Of a stretch of DNA of 64,000 nt, positions 11,701-21,079 are shown piece after piece. The notes under the pieces are model-generated. The model saw nothing but the letters and a program-made list of their open reading frames with translations. It did no database searches and was not told the origin of the DNA. Each line of letters begins with the position of its first letter. The stretch's first letter is position 1. Source of the DNA: a virus. Location: positions 1-64,000 of the IMG/VR virus record IMGVR_UViG_3300032323_002843. One strand, 5' to 3'. The translations under genes were made by a program, and so were the position numbers.

Positions 11701-13866
11701 CCAACATTACCATCATTCTTAATTCTTATAGCCTCAGTGGTATTATTTGTTAAGAATTGAACATCACTATTTTCATAGTTTTGAAATCTTAAAACATTAC
11801 TATTATATCCTATTCTTAATCCATCTGTAGCTGTTGCTCCTGTTACTGAGTCTGTAATTCTGATATATCCAAGACCATCTGAAGAGCCATGAACATGAAG
11901 TACATTAGCTGGAGTTGTAGTGCCTATACCAACATTGCCATTACTTCCACTAATTAGCATTCTAATAGATCCACTAGTTTCAAAAGCAAGATCTTGAACG
12001 TCATTAGTACCTAATAATGCTTGAGCACCAAAACTATTTCCTCCTTGAATATAAACGTTTGTTGCTGTTGGAGCGAATGACGCTGATACTGCGTTTGTAG
12101 CGAACGAAGCACTAACAGCAGTTGATGCAAACGAAGCTGAAGTAGCATTATCTGCTCTTGAGGCGGTTCCTAATAAAGAACCAGTAATTCCAGTTCCTAC
12201 TACGTTTAATGATCCTGTTATACTAACACTACCAGTAAACTGGTGAGTATTGCTCATTAAACTACCGAATCTAGTTGATCCAGTTACAAAGTCAGTAGAC
12301 GATGTAATTGTTTGAGCAACAATTGTTTGAGCCGTTAAAGTGCCTCTAACGGTAAAGTTATCAGCGCTTGATGCTGTAAATGATGTGTTTGCTTGAGTTG
12401 CAAATGATGCTGAAATAGCATTTGTTGCGAACGAAGCACTTACTGCTGTTGTTGCAAATGAAGCAGATACTGCTGTAGATGAGAACGATGCTGATGTAGC
12501 ATTATCCGCTCTTGAAGCCGTTCCTAGTAAAGAACCAGTGAATGAAGTTGCTGTTGTACTTCCGCTTATGTTAAGTGAACCTGTTACTGTGTGAGTATCG
12601 GTGATTATGCTACCGATATTAACACCAGTTGGTGTTACTTCGAATTCACGAGCACTACCTGTTACTACAGTTAGGGAGCCTGTGATTTGTGTGTTGCCAC
12701 TAAATCTTGCAGTACCATTTACGTCAAACCTAAAACCTGCGTTAGTTTGACTATTTATAGCTACGTTACCATTATTAAAAATATTTAATCTTGGTGTATA
12801 TACTTGACTATTACTATTTGAACCAAAAACCAATGATAAAGTATCAACGTCTTTATCCCATATCATTCCTAAATCATATTGAAAACTATCTTGTGCAAAT
12901 AAATAAGCTGGTTTTGCTCCGGCAACGTTTGCAGTTCCTATAACTATTCTACTTACGTTACCATTTCTTTGTATTGCTCCTGCTGCATTTGTAGCTATAG
13001 CAAAATTATTAGAACCAAAAGTAATTGCATCATGAGTAAATCCAAACCTACTAGCATTACTTGAATTTATATAAGCATTTGCAACAGGTCCTACTCTTAA
13101 AGCAGCATTAAATACCCCCGTAAACGAACCAGTATTAAATGTAGGGTTAATATCTAATCCTACTAATACATCATTGTTTGCTGATGCTGTTAAAGCTGTG
13201 TTTATTAACTGACCCCTTGCTATTGCGCTTGATGCAGTTTCTGAGCCACCTAATGTTAATTTAGTTGCAGTACCTAATGTGGTTGTTCCTATTGCTATAT
13301 CGCCTTCAAAATAAGACCTATTACCTGATTGAGCATATATATCCCAATTACCACTAACACTGGTTTCTGCAGCATTATTAAATAATATACCGACATTAGC
13401 TACGCTACCTGCCGTTAAATTAGCTATTCTTAAAGCAATTTGTCTACTTACTGCACCACTACCTCCCTTAAATACATCTCTATAATCATAACCATTAAAA
13501 TTTGATATTGTTCCTGTACCTGTTACTGCACTTCCAACAGAATAAGCATTTGCTGTTGATGTTGTATTAGCACTAACATTTACTGCTGAGTTAAATCCTG
13601 TCATAGTTACAGCAGTAGATGGATTGTTTATGTCTGATTGTATACCGTTAACATTACCTGTATTTGTTGATGAAACAGTTGCAATGCTACGAATACCATA
13701 CATCTGACCCGAACTACTATTTACAGTATTAGAATTTACTATCAAGCTAGTATCACCATTTACAGCAGGTGCAGCATTTATTGTTGTAACCCCCTGTACT
13801 CTTGCACTACCACTTACATCTAACCTAAAAGCACTAGATCCAGTAATTCCAATTCCAACGTTACCA
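2515..13866 (-). repeat. Dispersed in-frame ~24-bp repeat GGT AAY GTW GGT ATA GGY ACT ACA (GNVGIGTT), ~37 copies across two fibre genes
   Basis: Plus-strand core GTAGTRCCTATACCWACRTTACC near 2520, 2744, 2975, 3797, 4165, 4640, 5771, 5978, 6224, 6464, 6938, 7241, 7516, 7885, 9400, 9676, 10318, 11689 and others. Confidence 0.9.
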
Positions 13867-15821
13867 AAAATGGTATGGTTAGAACCAGTTACTAATAAGC
13901 TACCAGTAAATGTCTGAGTATTAGCTAAACTATTACCAAATATATTAGATCCACTAGAATAAACAGTGCTTGAAGTTATTGTTTGAGCAATAATTGTTTG
14001 AGCAGTTAAAGTGCCTCTAACAGTAAAGTTATCGGCTGAAGATGCTGTTTGTGCTGTAGTTGTAAGTGAAGCAGTAGCAGCATAAGAAGCACTTGTTGCT
14101 GTTGCTGCATTTCCACTAATAGAAGCACTAATAAATGATTTATTTTCCCATTTAGCGGCAGTTGTATCATAAACTAATGCTTGTCCGCTTAGAGGACCTG
14201 ATATTAATACATCAGATAAGCCTGCTAAAGTTGTTGTTACTACTGATCCTCCACCACCTGATCCTCCTACTTGTCTAAATAAACCTCCAGGTTGGATATT
14301 GAATGTAGCATTATTAGTAAAATCAGCATCATATCTTGCAACAATAGCTCCTAAATAAATTGCATTTGCTGCAGTGTTTGGTGCTTCAACAAACGGTTCA
14401 TAAGGTATGTTTGATGTTGCATCTGTTTGTGTTGCATACACAGCATTACCGTAATAAACAACTATTGCTTTTGCTACTGAATTTGGAAAATAAAATACAC
14501 GTTGAATCGACCATCTGTTTTGGAAAATACCTGTTGGTACAGGTGTTAATACACCGTTGTTTGAATATTGTGATGGATCGATTGTTGTGTAACCAACCCC
14601 TCCATTTGTATCATATACCCAAGTAGAGCCTGATTGTCTGTATCTGAATATTTTAGATACATTAGTACCATTATCAGTGGCGTAGGATGGATTATTTGGA
14701 TCTACAGGATAGTTAGAACCAGGTGAATAAGCAGTACCGCTTGCTACTATTAAACTACCTGTTGAAGATCCACTAGGTGCTAAGGTATATCCTGATAATT
14801 TTAAAGGTCCAAATGCTCTATTAAATATATTTTGTTGTTGTTCAAAACCATATGCTACAGAAGGTTGTGTTTTAACACCGTTAATTGTAGATCCGTTTTG
14901 AAACAATACAACACCTATATTAATTTCTGTATCAAACTGTCCAGCAGCATATGGTGTACCTTGTTGGTAAATATTACCGGTCGAATCAATAGATACAAAG
15001 GCTTGTTGGTAGGATGCCGTAAGTGGTGCAATACTAGCTGATAAATTACCCCAGTTTAAATATTGAATAGTGGGGTATGGATTATCAGTTAAACTAGCGT
15101 TTAAATTTACAATAATACCACTACCACTACTAACTTGATATGTAGTAGATCCAGTAACAGCTGTAATTAAACCTCCATTTAATAAACCAGTATATAAGTT
15201 ACCTTCTAACCAACGTAAACGAGTTGTATTGGTGTATCCTTTACTATTTTGAGAGAAATATAAGTCATTTGTAGATCCACTTACAAAAATGTAAGAAGCA
15301 GATACTGAAGTATCTATATTTGTTGTTACAGGATCAAATCTATGGTATCCTGTTTGTCTAATATCACCAAATATTTGTACTGATGCTGTAGTAGCTGCTT
15401 GAGATCCTGAAATTATAATGCTACCAGATAATGTTGTATTACCAGTTAATGTATTGTTTCCTACTTGAGTAGTAGAACCACTTACTAATAATGAACCTGT
15501 AATTGTAGTTGATGAATTACGGAAGTTTGTTGTGCCAAATATATTAGTAGATCCACTAATATCAACACTGCCACTTAGAATAGTATTTCCTCTTAATGTG
15601 TTTGAACCACTAGTAAATAAGCTTCCAGTTACTGTTTGAGTACCTATAAATGTATTTGAACCAGTAGTAGCAAATGTACTACTGTCTTTACCATCTAATA
15701 AATCTGCATTATTAGAATAGCTAGAGGTTCCAAATAAAGAACCAGTTACACCATTAGTAACATTAAGAGAACTTAGGCTGGCGTCAGAGCCAGATACGAT
15801 GACTTTTTTCCAAGATGGCAT
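8787..15821 (-). CDS. Long tail fibre/structural protein with ~13 GNVGIGTT modules and SASFA repeats
   Basis: 2344 aa; N-terminus MPSWKKVIVSGS; SASFA/SASYA repeats; GNVGIGTT modules mostly in the C-terminal half. Confidence 0.85.
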   Translation of the reverse strand: MPSWKKVIVSGSDASLSSLNVTNGVTGSLFGTSSYSNNADLLDGKDSSTFATTGSNTFIGTQTVTGSLFTSGSNTLRGNTILSGSVDISGSTNIFGTTNFRNSSTTITGSLLVSGSTTQVGNNTLTGNTTLSGSIIISGSQAATTASVQIFGDIRQTGYHRFDPVTTNIDTSVSASYIFVSGSTNDLYFSQNSKGYTNTTRLRWLEGNLYTGLLNGGLITAVTGSTTYQVSSGSGIIVNLNASLTDNPYPTIQYLNWGNLSASIAPLTASYQQAFVSIDSTGNIYQQGTPYAAGQFDTEINIGVVLFQNGSTINGVKTQPSVAYGFEQQQNIFNRAFGPLKLSGYTLAPSGSSTGSLIVASGTAYSPGSNYPVDPNNPSYATDNGTNVSKIFRYRQSGSTWVYDTNGGVGYTTIDPSQYSNNGVLTPVPTGIFQNRWSIQRVFYFPNSVAKAIVVYYGNAVYATQTDATSNIPYEPFVEAPNTAANAIYLGAIVARYDADFTNNATFNIQPGGLFRQVGGSGGGGSVVTTTLAGLSDVLISGPLSGQALVYDTTAAKWENKSFISASISGNAATATSASYAATASLTTTAQTASSADNFTVRGTLTAQTIIAQTITSSTVYSSGSNIFGNSLANTQTFTGSLLVTGSNHTIFGNVGIGITGSSAFRLDVSGSARVQGVTTINAAPAVNGDTSLIVNSNTVNSSSGQMYGIRSIATVSSTNTGNVNGIQSDINNPSTAVTMTGFNSAVNVSANTTSTANAYSVGSAVTGTGTISNFNGYDYRDVFKGGSGAVSRQIALRIANLTAGSVANVGILFNNAAETSVSGNWDIYAQSGNRSYFEGDIAIGTTTLGTATKLTLGGSETASSAIARGQLINTALTASANNDVLVGLDINPTFNTGSFTGVFNAALRVGPVANAYINSSNASRFGFTHDAITFGSNNFAIATNAAGAIQRNGNVSRIVIGTANVAGAKPAYLFAQDSFQYDLGMIWDKDVDTLSLVFGSNSNSQVYTPRLNIFNNGNVAINSQTNAGFRFDVNGTARFSGNTQITGSLTVVTGSAREFEVTPTGVNIGSIITDTHTVTGSLNISGSTTATSFTGSLLGTASRADNATSASFSSTAVSASFATTAVSASFATNAISASFATQANTSFTASSADNFTVRGTLTAQTIVAQTITSSTDFVTGSTRFGSLMSNTHQFTGSVSITGSLNVVGTGITGSLLGTASRADNATSASFASTAVSASFATNAVSASFAPTATNVYIQGGNSFGAQALLGTNDVQDLAFETSGSIRMLISGSNGNVGIGTTTPANVLHVHGSSDGLGYIRITDSVTGATATDGLRIGYNSNVLRFQNYENSDVQFLTNNTTEAIRIKNDGNVGIGTTNPGFKLDIGYDTNNRSLVRLSSNAANRMAAVRFDGNNIESGYIGYEGGSEIVSGGVQGDLIIRNMLSGKDIILDVNAGSVGIGTTSPSVALDVVGSIRSTGTGLLSSIRINNTTSTTGKDWHLYSLNNGNFGLYNNTDGSYAYQITPSGSVGIGTTSPATTLHVNGTVSIGATSVSSEGNLFLGPKSTTEGGQIFFQAGTSYTSASMLDVFQNDANPYFRILRGTNTASDALVAQFNLHTRQFFLPAYTSTASFAGTATAYLAVNSSGDVITVAGSGGGSVSGGSTNYIARWASSTSLTTGSIFDNGTNVGIGSISPAYKLDVTGDIRATGAVYANANGAMYFRGGDDAELWDINVANTIGIYGQQDQGVASIKLGSGGGIISGRSGSIGIGTTSPTRTFQVNGYISSFDGTTNTEIINGGGVGYFGTSTNHPLALQTNNTERLRITSGGNVGIGTTSPATTLDVNGTGRFGSAATKLTTYSDSNYSGIFNGASLGSNESIYMGDARMFFFASGSERMRLTSTGLGIGTTVPAYALEVRTLSGGGISIVGDTNNEANILFGDTDSKVIGRITYDNSADFMRFWVNGSERMRITSGGSVGIGTTSPSATLDLYQSSGTTSIKMASAGIGSKTYLLTSQLIGVSNGGFGIQNQTDSRYELVINADGNVGIGTTSPNYKLTVVGSNGIGVTAGNGNQLYLNNTGQQYTQITFDHNSSGATKGGIWWDNTNSLFEMYAASGGGVTFHTNATERMRITSGGNVGIGTTSPQARLDVLGGVQAAIIRTSDASTFYTTYQVNTSTVVGYIGNGNGIVSGGGINTFGVRSESDLIFAAGGNAERMRITNNGNVGIGTTTPIAKLDVEGDFQLLNANYNSYSSSVSGTTTLATIPTSSYNGVFFDFVAFSGSNQRAGTLIGNWRSGNVQYTEYSSPDIGSTAAALTMSVALSGANALVQSVSAPGWAIKATYRTV

Positions 15822-15925
15822 ACTATATTACAATTTATACTGTGGTTAGATACATACACTTATGCCGTGTATATGCCTACTTCCTGTTAAGGCCTACAGT
15901 GTTGTGCATATAAATATGCAATAAG

Positions 15926-16204
15926 TTATTGCTTGCCTGATTTCTTTAAGTACAGGTTCTGTAGCTTTATAATCATATTATAAAACATTTCTACCTGATG
16001 CCCTTTCAAATCAGCATTACCTAATACCTTAAGTAAAAACTCTAATTCAGATAATTCCAACTCATTGTTTGATTGAGGTTGGGGTGTTGGTTGGGGTGTT
16101 GGTTGGGGTTGTGGAATAAATTCTGTTTGTTCTTGTTGAACAGGATTTTGTCCTACTACTGTGTTTTTTGAAACAAATGCCATAACTTTTTTAAAATTTA
16201 TCAC
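15926..16204 (-). CDS. Hypothetical protein with QPTP linker (possible fibre chaperone)
   Basis: 92 aa; PQPQPTPQPTPQPQ linker then a helical C-terminus; overlaps the upstream stop. Confidence 0.6.
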   Translation of the reverse strand: MINFKKVMAFVSKNTVVGQNPVQQEQTEFIPQPQPTPQPTPQPQSNNELELSELEFLLKVLGNADLKGHQVEMFYNMIIKLQNLYLKKSGKQ

Positions 16205-17301
16205 GAGTAAATATAAATATCACCACCGTTTGTTAACCACATATTACCAGTTCCGTTAGTGCCTCCCCAAGTTGGAGCAGCAGATGGAGCAGATCCCTGA
16301 TTGATTTTAGCAGATACAACATATTCGTCAGCTGTTACTGATGTTGATGTACCTGCAACATCATACGCCATTGCCCATCTTCCATAGGTACCAGCTGATC
16401 CTGCTTCAATGAAGAATGCAGAGCCTACACCAGATGCATTGTATTGAGCAATGATACCAGAGTCTTGTAATGTATTAGATCCACTATTAATTAAAATAAA
16501 CTGATCTTTAACGTATAGGTTTGTTGAGTTAATAAATGATGCAGTACCGTTAACTGTTAAGTCACCTTGTACTATTAAATTATTATTAAAGGTTGAATTT
16601 CCTGTTACTTGTAAACCACCAGCTTGAATTACAGAACCAGTAGCGATAGTTACTTGATTAGCATCTTCACTTATAAAGCTATTTGCTAAACCTGTACCTG
16701 TCCATTTTGTATGGTAACCAGAAGTTAAAGCAGCAGCACCTGAAATTCCTAATGTTACTGCAACTGAACCATTATATGATGATACGCTACCAGATAAACC
16801 AGAAACAAAGGATAATGCTTGTCCTAAAGCACCAATAAATGAACCACTAAATGAGCCTGTTAAGCTTGAATTAGCACCTGTTAATTGAATTGAAGTAGCA
16901 CCTGTGATTGTAGTGCCATTATCAGTTAAACTAGAATCAACAAATTTACCAGCACTAGAATCCCATTTAGTAACAATATTGTTAGCTAATTGAGCAGCAC
17001 CAGAAACAGCAACGGTTGCGGTTGTAGAACCACTATAAAGGAAAGGAACAACACCTGTACCTTGTGTTAAAGCAGGTAATTCAGCAACACCTTTAAAAGA
17101 TCCACTGAAGGAACCAGTCATTGTTACACCAGTAGCACCAGTAGTTGCTACTATATTTCCTGTACCATTAATTGGGGTAGTTGATAAGTTCGAAACTGAA
17201 CCACCACCGATTACTACTGAACCTGAGGTAAGGTTATCTACTTTTAATGCGGCTAGTTCTGCACTACTACCTGATACTATGACTTTTTTCCAAGTTGCCA
17301 T
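16201..17301 (-). CDS. Tail fibre-associated structural protein
   Basis: N-terminus MATWKKVIVSGS is paralogous to 8787..15821; contains the GDLTVNGT..NL.VKD..I.IN fibre motif. Confidence 0.75.
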   Translation of the reverse strand: MATWKKVIVSGSSAELAALKVDNLTSGSVVIGGGSVSNLSTTPINGTGNIVATTGATGVTMTGSFSGSFKGVAELPALTQGTGVVPFLYSGSTTATVAVSGAAQLANNIVTKWDSSAGKFVDSSLTDNGTTITGATSIQLTGANSSLTGSFSGSFIGALGQALSFVSGLSGSVSSYNGSVAVTLGISGAAALTSGYHTKWTGTGLANSFISEDANQVTIATGSVIQAGGLQVTGNSTFNNNLIVQGDLTVNGTASFINSTNLYVKDQFILINSGSNTLQDSGIIAQYNASGVGSAFFIEAGSAGTYGRWAMAYDVAGTSTSVTADEYVVSAKINQGSAPSAAPTWGGTNGTGNMWLTNGGDIYIYS

Positions 17302-17340
17302 TTGCTGAGTTTGTTAGAGTTGTCTAATAATAAATATTAT

Positions 17341-18471
17341 TTAATCTAAACCCACGTACATGTTTGTAGAGGTAAACCAAATACCTCCATTCGGTGCTAT
17401 GCCTGTTGGGTTTGATGATTGGGTTGCAAACTGTACAATGCTCTGCGAAACAGTCAATACAGGTTGCTGTGTTGTAAAATTTTTAATTATAAATAAATTA
17501 CTATGTAACTCAGTATTTCCACTACTAGATACGTTAAAGTATGTGGTGCTACCTGATTTTATTAAAAATAAATTTGTTGGGTTGGTTTGGTTTTCAATAA
17601 TTAAACTACTAGTAAAACTATTCAAACCAGTAAATGAAGCTGTACCAACAAACAATAATGTGTCTGCGTTTGATATAAACCCACTGCTTGTAGTTGAATT
17701 TAAACTTAACGAACCTGATATGATTACAGATTGTGAAAGTGGATTAACGTACGATGCAGTTAAAGTATAAGAAGCACTAGTTGAAGAACTAGCATATGAT
17801 GCGGATGTTGCTAATAATGTATAAGATGAACTAATAGCCCAGCTTGATGTGCCTTGTAAACTACCAGTTACACCACCATAAGCATTTAGTGATCCACTTA
17901 CTATTAAAGAACCAGTAACTAATTCTTGAGATGAAGTGATTATTTGCACTACTAAAGTAGTGGCTGTAATAGTATCTCTTACATTAAGTGAACCTGAAAT
18001 TGAAGCACTAGTATTAACTAGAAACCCATATGAACCAACAGAAGCTGTATAACTTCCACTTGCTATTTGGGTTAAATTTAAATCAACAAATGAACTACTT
18101 AAATTTTCAAATGATCCAGATAAAATAGAAATACTAGAACTATTGTTAGTAATTCTGGTATCAAACGAAGCACTATCTTGTCTGTAGCTACTACTTAAAA
18201 TTGCTAAGCTCCCACTTGTAGAGGTAATTCTACTATCAAATGAAGCACTAGCAGATACAAAAGTTGATGTTAAAGTATAATTAGGAGCAAGTGAAGCAGT
18301 TGCTGCAAAAGATGAACTTACAGCTTGTGAGGCAGTACCTAATAAACTACCTGTAAATCCATTAGTTGATGTAATAGAGCCAGTAATGGTCTGAGATCCA
18401 CTAACAAGCAATGAGCCTGTTATTGTTAGACCTCTACTAAAATCACTCTGTTTGACACCAAATTTAGCCAT
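17341..18471 (-). CDS. Ser/Thr-rich tail structural protein
   Basis: SGS/TGS/SASYA-rich; shares a segment with the gene at 1..906. Confidence 0.7.
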   Translation of the reverse strand: MAKFGVKQSDFSRGLTITGSLLVSGSQTITGSITSTNGFTGSLLGTASQAVSSSFAATASLAPNYTLTSTFVSASASFDSRITSTSGSLAILSSSYRQDSASFDTRITNNSSSISILSGSFENLSSSFVDLNLTQIASGSYTASVGSYGFLVNTSASISGSLNVRDTITATTLVVQIITSSQELVTGSLIVSGSLNAYGGVTGSLQGTSSWAISSSYTLLATSASYASSSTSASYTLTASYVNPLSQSVIISGSLSLNSTTSSGFISNADTLLFVGTASFTGLNSFTSSLIIENQTNPTNLFLIKSGSTTYFNVSSSGNTELHSNLFIIKNFTTQQPVLTVSQSIVQFATQSSNPTGIAPNGGIWFTSTNMYVGLD

Positions 18472-18473
18472 TG

Positions 18474-19733
18474 TTATGCGAATTTACCTATTGCTATTAC
18501 TTCATCAATAGATTCTAAAGAATATCCTAATGAAGCTGTGTTAAAAGTAAGCGTAACATTTCCTCCAGCTTCTACTAGTGTAACTAGATCTGGAGAGATA
18601 TTTTGACCGTTTATATAATAGTAGAAACTATCAACGGATGTTGGTGGAAGAGAAGATCCAACTGGTGGTTGTAATAAACTAGCACCTGTAAATATTGCTG
18701 TATTTGGTACAGTAATAGTATCTGCTGTTTTAGATACATTAGCATTTAAATAATTTAAATCACCAGCAGATCCAGGATCAATAGTTATATTACTAATAAG
18801 AACATTATTACCTCCACCAATAAATGATGTAGATCCAACTGCTTGAGAAGTTTGTGTTTGAGAAGCAGCATTAAAGGTTTCACTAGCATTACCTACAACT
18901 TCCATACCAAATACTACTTGTGAAGTAGTATACCCTAAACTAGAATTAGCTAATTTTTTATTAATGCTATCTGGTATTAGGTAACCATTTACTCTTAAAG
19001 TAATAGATGTTTGTGCAAATCTATCTTCACCAGTGTTGATAGTAGTAGTTGTAGCTAAACTATCTAACATTGTTCTAAAATGCCATCTATTTTCATCACC
19101 CCAATATGAGTCAGAAGCAAATTCAATCGCTTCAATTATTTTATTATTTTCAGCTACATAGTTTGTAAATACAACTACATCATATGTTACAGTAACATAG
19201 TCAGGTACAACTGACATGTAATATTGTTGAGATGGTTTTCTATTTGTTAATGCAGAAAAGCTATCATAAAAATTTTTTGCATTATATCTTGATGGAAATA
19301 ATTGAAATAAAGATACATTGTTACCATCTATTTTATTACCTAAGTTACGATTTTTTTCAACATTAGTTCTTTTGTATATAACTAAAGGAATAGTAAGTTT
19401 ACCATTACTATCTCTAAGATACCCATCAGCCTGTACTGATTGCCATCTTTCAGGTGATGCATATATTGTAGGTACAGCATGTGATTGTCCGTCTAAAACA
19501 ACCATAGGTTTAATTACGTTATCAAAATAATATTTAATAGCATAATCAATATCTTCTAAACCAACATTAATGTCTTTTATTTTATCGTTTTTACGAGATA
19601 TTTCGTAAGCACGATTTTTAGTAAATAAGCTATCAGCAGAAGGTTTACCTTGGCTTTGTAAATAAGCTGGTGGTAAAGCCTCTTGTGTAACTTGAGACTG
19701 ATTTTTCGGTATTGGTTTACGAATACGGGTCAT
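18474..19733 (-). CDS. Tail terminator/sheath stabiliser (T4 gp15-like) with C-terminal extension
   Basis: VPTIYASPERW...PLVIYKR...PDYVTVTY motif pattern; follows the neck genes. Confidence 0.6.
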   Translation of the reverse strand: MTRIRKPIPKNQSQVTQEALPPAYLQSQGKPSADSLFTKNRAYEISRKNDKIKDINVGLEDIDYAIKYYFDNVIKPMVVLDGQSHAVPTIYASPERWQSVQADGYLRDSNGKLTIPLVIYKRTNVEKNRNLGNKIDGNNVSLFQLFPSRYNAKNFYDSFSALTNRKPSQQYYMSVVPDYVTVTYDVVVFTNYVAENNKIIEAIEFASDSYWGDENRWHFRTMLDSLATTTTINTGEDRFAQTSITLRVNGYLIPDSINKKLANSSLGYTTSQVVFGMEVVGNASETFNAASQTQTSQAVGSTSFIGGGNNVLISNITIDPGSAGDLNYLNANVSKTADTITVPNTAIFTGASLLQPPVGSSLPPTSVDSFYYYINGQNISPDLVTLVEAGGNVTLTFNTASLGYSLESIDEVIAIGKFA

Positions 19734-20116
19734 TATATTCTACCTTTTCTTTGTAATTCTAACATTTTATCCAAAGCATTCATTGCTCTAAATAATTTAT
19801 TATATAAAGTATTAATTTCTTTAGCTACATTCTTAATATCAGGATTAGAAGAAAAAGTAAATACATCAAATTCTTTTTTATTTTGAATTACTTCTCTTTT
19901 AACCTGGTCCATTTTAGGTAAATTAATTACTTGAGAAGATACAGTTTCAGGGCGATTTGGATCTGGTGGCATTTTAACCAATAAAGATCCTCTTTTTAGT
20001 AATTCTTCATATTCTTCAGGAGTTAAATCAGCCATAGTTACTTGTTTATTTGGATCTCTATCCATATAAATTTTACTTGGTCTGTTTAACTCGTTGATAA
20101 TGTCTAATAATTTCAT
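19733..20116 (-). CDS. Hypothetical protein with MKLLDIINE leader
   Basis: 127-aa ORF coupled to its neighbours. Confidence 0.7.
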   Translation of the reverse strand: MKLLDIINELNRPSKIYMDRDPNKQVTMADLTPEEYEELLKRGSLLVKMPPDPNRPETVSSQVINLPKMDQVKREVIQNKKEFDVFTFSSNPDIKNVAKEINTLYNKLFRAMNALDKMLELQRKGRI

Positions 20117-20126
20117 TTTATATAAA

Positions 20127-20468
20127 TTAATATGATCCTACTTTTATAATTGTGTTATAACGAGGTATAAATTGTAGTAAACCAGGAATTTTATTTTTAG
20201 TTACGGCGTCAATACCTATATCTTTAACTGATGTTTTAGCATCACCTCTACCAATATATTTCATTTTTAATAATGAATATTCGTATTTGTCATTTGCCTT
20301 ATTATCTAAAAAATCACTTTGTTCAATAGTAACAACTACAACACCATTCAATGCTCTAATCTCATTATAAATTTCAACCTTATTTTGATCGGCTGCTGTT
20401 TTAATAAGCACATCACATCTGAATATTGTAATGCCTTCGTTTAATAATATTTTACCTAATAGTCCCAT
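20127..20468 (-). CDS. Hypothetical protein
   Basis: 113-aa ORF coupled to the upstream gene. Confidence 0.7.
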   Translation of the reverse strand: MGLLGKILLNEGITIFRCDVLIKTAADQNKVEIYNEIRALNGVVVVTIEQSDFLDNKANDKYEYSLLKMKYIGRGDAKTSVKDIGIDAVTKNKIPGLLQFIPRYNTIIKVGSY

Positions 20469-21079
20469 TATGTACTATATTTTAATATATTTAATTTACT
20501 TGTTCTTGTTAAATATGCTGATAAAACATATAGTATTATTTGGTTTGGTGTATTACCTGCTGGTGGAACAGGTATTGCTCCTGCTGATCCGGGTAATGTT
20601 ACTACTTGCCTATCAATACTATTTATTTCATAATATCTTTGTTGATCAGTTATAATATCTCCTACTTCAGGAGTAAAATTATAAGTGGTTTCAAATTCAG
20701 TTTTGCTTACAGTTATTGTTATTGTTTGGTTTGTATCAACACCAAATTCAGTATCTGTATTTGTTATTACTCCTCTTTCAAGTAAACATTTTATCTCAAT
20801 TGGAGGATAATACCATTTTTCAAGGGCCTCTCCATAAATGTTCGGTTTAGTATTATACAAATCAATCTTAAAATATCCAACTTTTTGATTGGAATAATTA
20901 ATCTGAGCATTTAGATTATTATTAATAACTGGATTTGGTGTTACAGATCCAGTAGGTTGAATAGCCGATCCTGTCGGAGCAGGTGGTCGTGGTCCTGGAG
21001 GTGATGGAGGTGGCGGCAAAACTGTTGGAAGTTTTGGCGATGTTGTTCCTGTTGGTGGATATTTAACTATTCCTCCCAT
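20468..21079 (-). CDS. Head closure/neck protein (gp14-like) with Pro-rich N-terminus
   Basis: NIYGEA..K...PEVGDII...YYEI pattern; follows the gp13-like gene. Confidence 0.55.
   Translation of the reverse strand: MGGIVKYPPTGTTSPKLPTVLPPPPSPPGPRPPAPTGSAIQPTGSVTPNPVINNNLNAQINYSNQKVGYFKIDLYNTKPNIYGEALEKWYYPPIEIKCLLERGVITNTDTEFGVDTNQTITITVSKTEFETTYNFTPEVGDIITDQQRYYEINSIDRQVVTLPGSAGAIPVPPAGNTPNQIILYVLSAYLTRTSKLNILKYST

Noticed and set aside
2515-13866. CRISPR array
   Set aside because: The repeats are degenerate and in frame, the spacers are >100 bp coding modules, and no cas genes are present.
1915-15821. Diversity-generating retroelement or invertase shufflon acting on the fibres
   Set aside because: No reverse transcriptase or recombinase in the window, no adenine-specific TR/VR pair was noticed, and all repeats are in direct orientation.
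16077-16115. G-quadruplex-like GGTTGGGGTGTT repeat
   Set aside because: Explained by the QPTP linker codons on the coding strand.
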